Made by a program: the position numbers and the translations under genes. DNA of 64,000 bases from Bacteroidaceae bacterium. Lineage in GTDB: Bacteria > Bacteroidota > Bacteroidia > Bacteroidales > Bacteroidaceae. The stretch is from NCBI GenBank assembly GCA_017534535.1, contig JAFXVZ010000048.1:49286-113285 (forward strand). The letters are read 5' to 3'. The notes beneath the pieces are model-generated. The model was not told the origin of the DNA. It was given only the letters and a program-made list of their open reading frames with translations, and made no database searches. Position 1 is the stretch's first letter. Each line of letters begins with the position of its first letter. This document shows, piece after piece, positions 62,102 to 64,000 of the stretch.

Positions 62102-62239
62102 ACCAAAACAAGTTGTTTTGGTAGCGTTTGATTGCTTGTAATGAGTTGTTCAGGTGTAGTAAGCCGACACCAAAACAACTTGTTTTGGTGTTAGTGTATG
62201 TTAGTGTATGTTAGTGTAACTTTTTAGAAAAGGTACACT
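62102..62239. repeat. Two copies of a long palindrome plus a 10-bp tandem repeat in a convergent intergenic region
   Basis: accaaaacaa-g-ttgttttggt (62102-62122); acaccaaaacaa-c-ttgttttggtgt (62167-62191); (tgttagtgta)x3. Confidence 0.8.
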
Positions 62240-62387
62240 CGCATTAACATAATAAGGCTCAAACGATTAACCTGTATAGTGTAACTATGTAGGTAAAATG
62301 TGATTATCTAACTGATAAAGTGACGGAGGAGTATTATCGCGATAGAGGTGCCAAATATTATGTTGCCTGAGAGTTTTGTTATCTTTA

Positions 62388-63314
62388 TTACTCAAACATT
62401 TTGATTCGGTAGATACCTACCTGACCAACAGGGATAGTGGCTACACTGAAGCTGGTTTCGTTGCCATTGGCGATGGCCTGCAACAAAGATTGGTCAAGTC
62501 TCTCTTGAAAGGCAATGTATCTTGTTACATAAGGAGTTGTAAGTTGTGGGTAGTCGCGATTGAAGCGTACAAGAGTTGCTTTTTCAAAGTTACCAGCCAT
62601 TTGCTCAAAAGGAAAGCGGATGATAGTTGGCGTATTGAAGCCCACACCAAACTCTAATAACAGCATGCTCTTCTTACTGCCTTTCAATACGAAATCTTGA
62701 TATTTCTCAGCTTGTTGATGCCAATGTTCATCTTCTACAAAAAAGCTATCACAACGTAGATTAGGACTCAGTGCCTCATCAGTATCAGGATGATGGGGTA
62801 TCAACGCTGTGGGTATTCTGCAATCTACAGTTGCCTCTATCGCCTGCTTTACCCATTCCTCATTATACACTAACTTTTTATTTTCTCCGCCCTTAGCCTG
62901 AAAATAGGCATAGTCGCCCTGAGTTGCAAAAATCCTTTCCTTGTCAAAACCTGATTTCTCAAACTGTGCATCAACATTGGTAGTAATGACAAAGTAATTC
63001 TTGTCTTTTACTAAATCAAAAAGCTGTTGATAAAGCTCCATGCCCTCAATGCGATAGCGAGTAAACCAGATGTGCTTTGCCCAATATGCCCATTTTTCCT
63101 CCTCTGTACGGAAAGGATAGAATGAAGAAGAATAAAGGTCTTTAAATCCATAGCGCTCTATCCACTCATGAAACTCCTGCTTGAACTCCACACCCCCATA
63201 GTCCAAGCCAGCAGCAGCTGAAAGCCCTGAGCCTGCACCAATCAATACATGGTTAGCTTTGGCCAAAAGCTTCCTCACTTGCTCAATACGATGCTTAAAC
63301 GTTGGTTGTGACAT
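62388..63314 (-). CDS. Class M (macrodomain-linked) sirtuin, SirTM-like
   Basis: GAGSGLS, TTNVD, FATQGDY (Q in place of the usual H) and GVGFNTP.IIRFPF motifs. Confidence 0.88.
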   Translation of the reverse strand: MSQPTFKHRIEQVRKLLAKANHVLIGAGSGLSAAAGLDYGGVEFKQEFHEWIERYGFKDLYSSSFYPFRTEEEKWAYWAKHIWFTRYRIEGMELYQQLFDLVKDKNYFVITTNVDAQFEKSGFDKERIFATQGDYAYFQAKGGENKKLVYNEEWVKQAIEATVDCRIPTALIPHHPDTDEALSPNLRCDSFFVEDEHWHQQAEKYQDFVLKGSKKSMLLLEFGVGFNTPTIIRFPFEQMAGNFEKATLVRFNRDYPQLTTPYVTRYIAFQERLDQSLLQAIANGNETSFSVATIPVGQVGIYRIKMFE

Positions 63315-63324
63315 TGTTTTTCTA

Positions 63325-64000
63325 CTAAATAAGTCGTTGATAGATGTCATAGTCTTTGTTTAAAAACACATTGAAAACAATGGTTTTGAGTGATGTCAAC
63401 GGATAGTTATTTACAGTTTCCACAGCTATCTCAGCAGCTCTTTGGTTAGGAAAATGAAATACCCCAGTAGAGATACAGCAAAAGGCGATGCTTTGTAGCT
63501 TATATAGCTCGGCCACTTCCAAGCATGAACGATAGCAAGAAGCCAACTGTTCCTCTTGTAATGGTGTTGGATGCCTGTCAGGAATGATAGGCCCTACAGT
63601 ATGAATCACATATTTCGCTGGTAGATTATAACCTTTAGTTATTTTCGCTTTCCCTGTAGGCTCTTCATGTCCCTGAGCTTCCATCAGCTCATAGCATTCC
63701 TGTCTTAGCTGAATACCAGCAGCGGAATGGATGCAGTTGTCAATACAAGCATGCAAGGGCTGCCAGCACCCCAACAACTGTGAGTTGGCCGCATTCACAA
63801 TGGCATCCACTTGCAAACGGGTGATGTCGCCTTGCCAGATAGAAATGCCTGGCTGGTCAATCTTAACAATACCCTTATCCTTAGCCTGTTGCTTCAGTTC
63901 AGCATCCTGTGCTGCCATGAACTCATCTGATGCGGGCATAGGTTGGCGCACATTCATCAATGCCCGCATTAATCTTTGCTTCATTTCCAGATTATCTGGC
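63325..64000 (-). CDS. Zn-type macrodomain protein-ADP-ribose hydrolase, 5'-truncated by the window edge
   Basis: WQGDIT, IVNAAN, CWQPLHACID, IHTVGP and CISTGVF motifs; frame is open to the window end. Confidence 0.9.
   Translation of the reverse strand, partial: PDNLEMKQRLMRALMNVRQPMPASDEFMAAQDAELKQQAKDKGIVKIDQPGISIWQGDITRLQVDAIVNAANSQLLGCWQPLHACIDNCIHSAAGIQLRQECYELMEAQGHEEPTGKAKITKGYNLPAKYVIHTVGPIIPDRHPTPLQEEQLASCYRSCLEVAELYKLQSIAFCCISTGVFHFPNQRAAEIAVETVNNYPLTSLKTIVFNVFLNKDYDIYQRLI

Noticed and set aside
62102-62220. CRISPR array
   Set aside because: There are only two palindromic copies, no regular spacer series and no cas genes.
1-64000. tRNA, rRNA, transposase, integrase or prophage genes
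   Set aside because: None were recognisable in the ORFs or intergenic regions.

Overview
This is a 64-kb chromosomal window from a Bacteroidales bacterium, judged from TAnnTTTG promoters, UpxY, a MurF-Alr fusion and Bacteroidales-type lipoproteins. The first ~22 kb is accessory. It holds three M64-type metallopeptidase genes, a type V pilin/fimbrillin-like lipoprotein operon headed by a 35-aa peptide gene (YxxP leader), and a divergent HPr-kinase-like gene. It also holds an UpxY-controlled Wzx/Wzy polysaccharide operon with a Stealth phosphotransferase, whose last three genes encode a PqqD/RRE protein, a nucleotidyltransferase and an ABC exporter. Together these look like lasso-peptide accessory machinery without a lasso cyclase or B2 peptidase, coupled to surface-glycan synthesis and pilin-like proteins; this is the best candidate for an undescribed system. 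The rest is mostly housekeeping and catabolic: a FadL-like protein, preQ1 riboswitch-yhhQ-queC, rmuC, the L-arabinose operon, tkt-rpiB, dxs-trkAH, murF/alr, tatA, a TatC with a ~390-aa tail, a nuclease-helicase and a macrodomain-SirTM pair. A heptamer repeat family recurs, including inside coding sequence. All family calls come from motif recognition by eye; no database searches were run.
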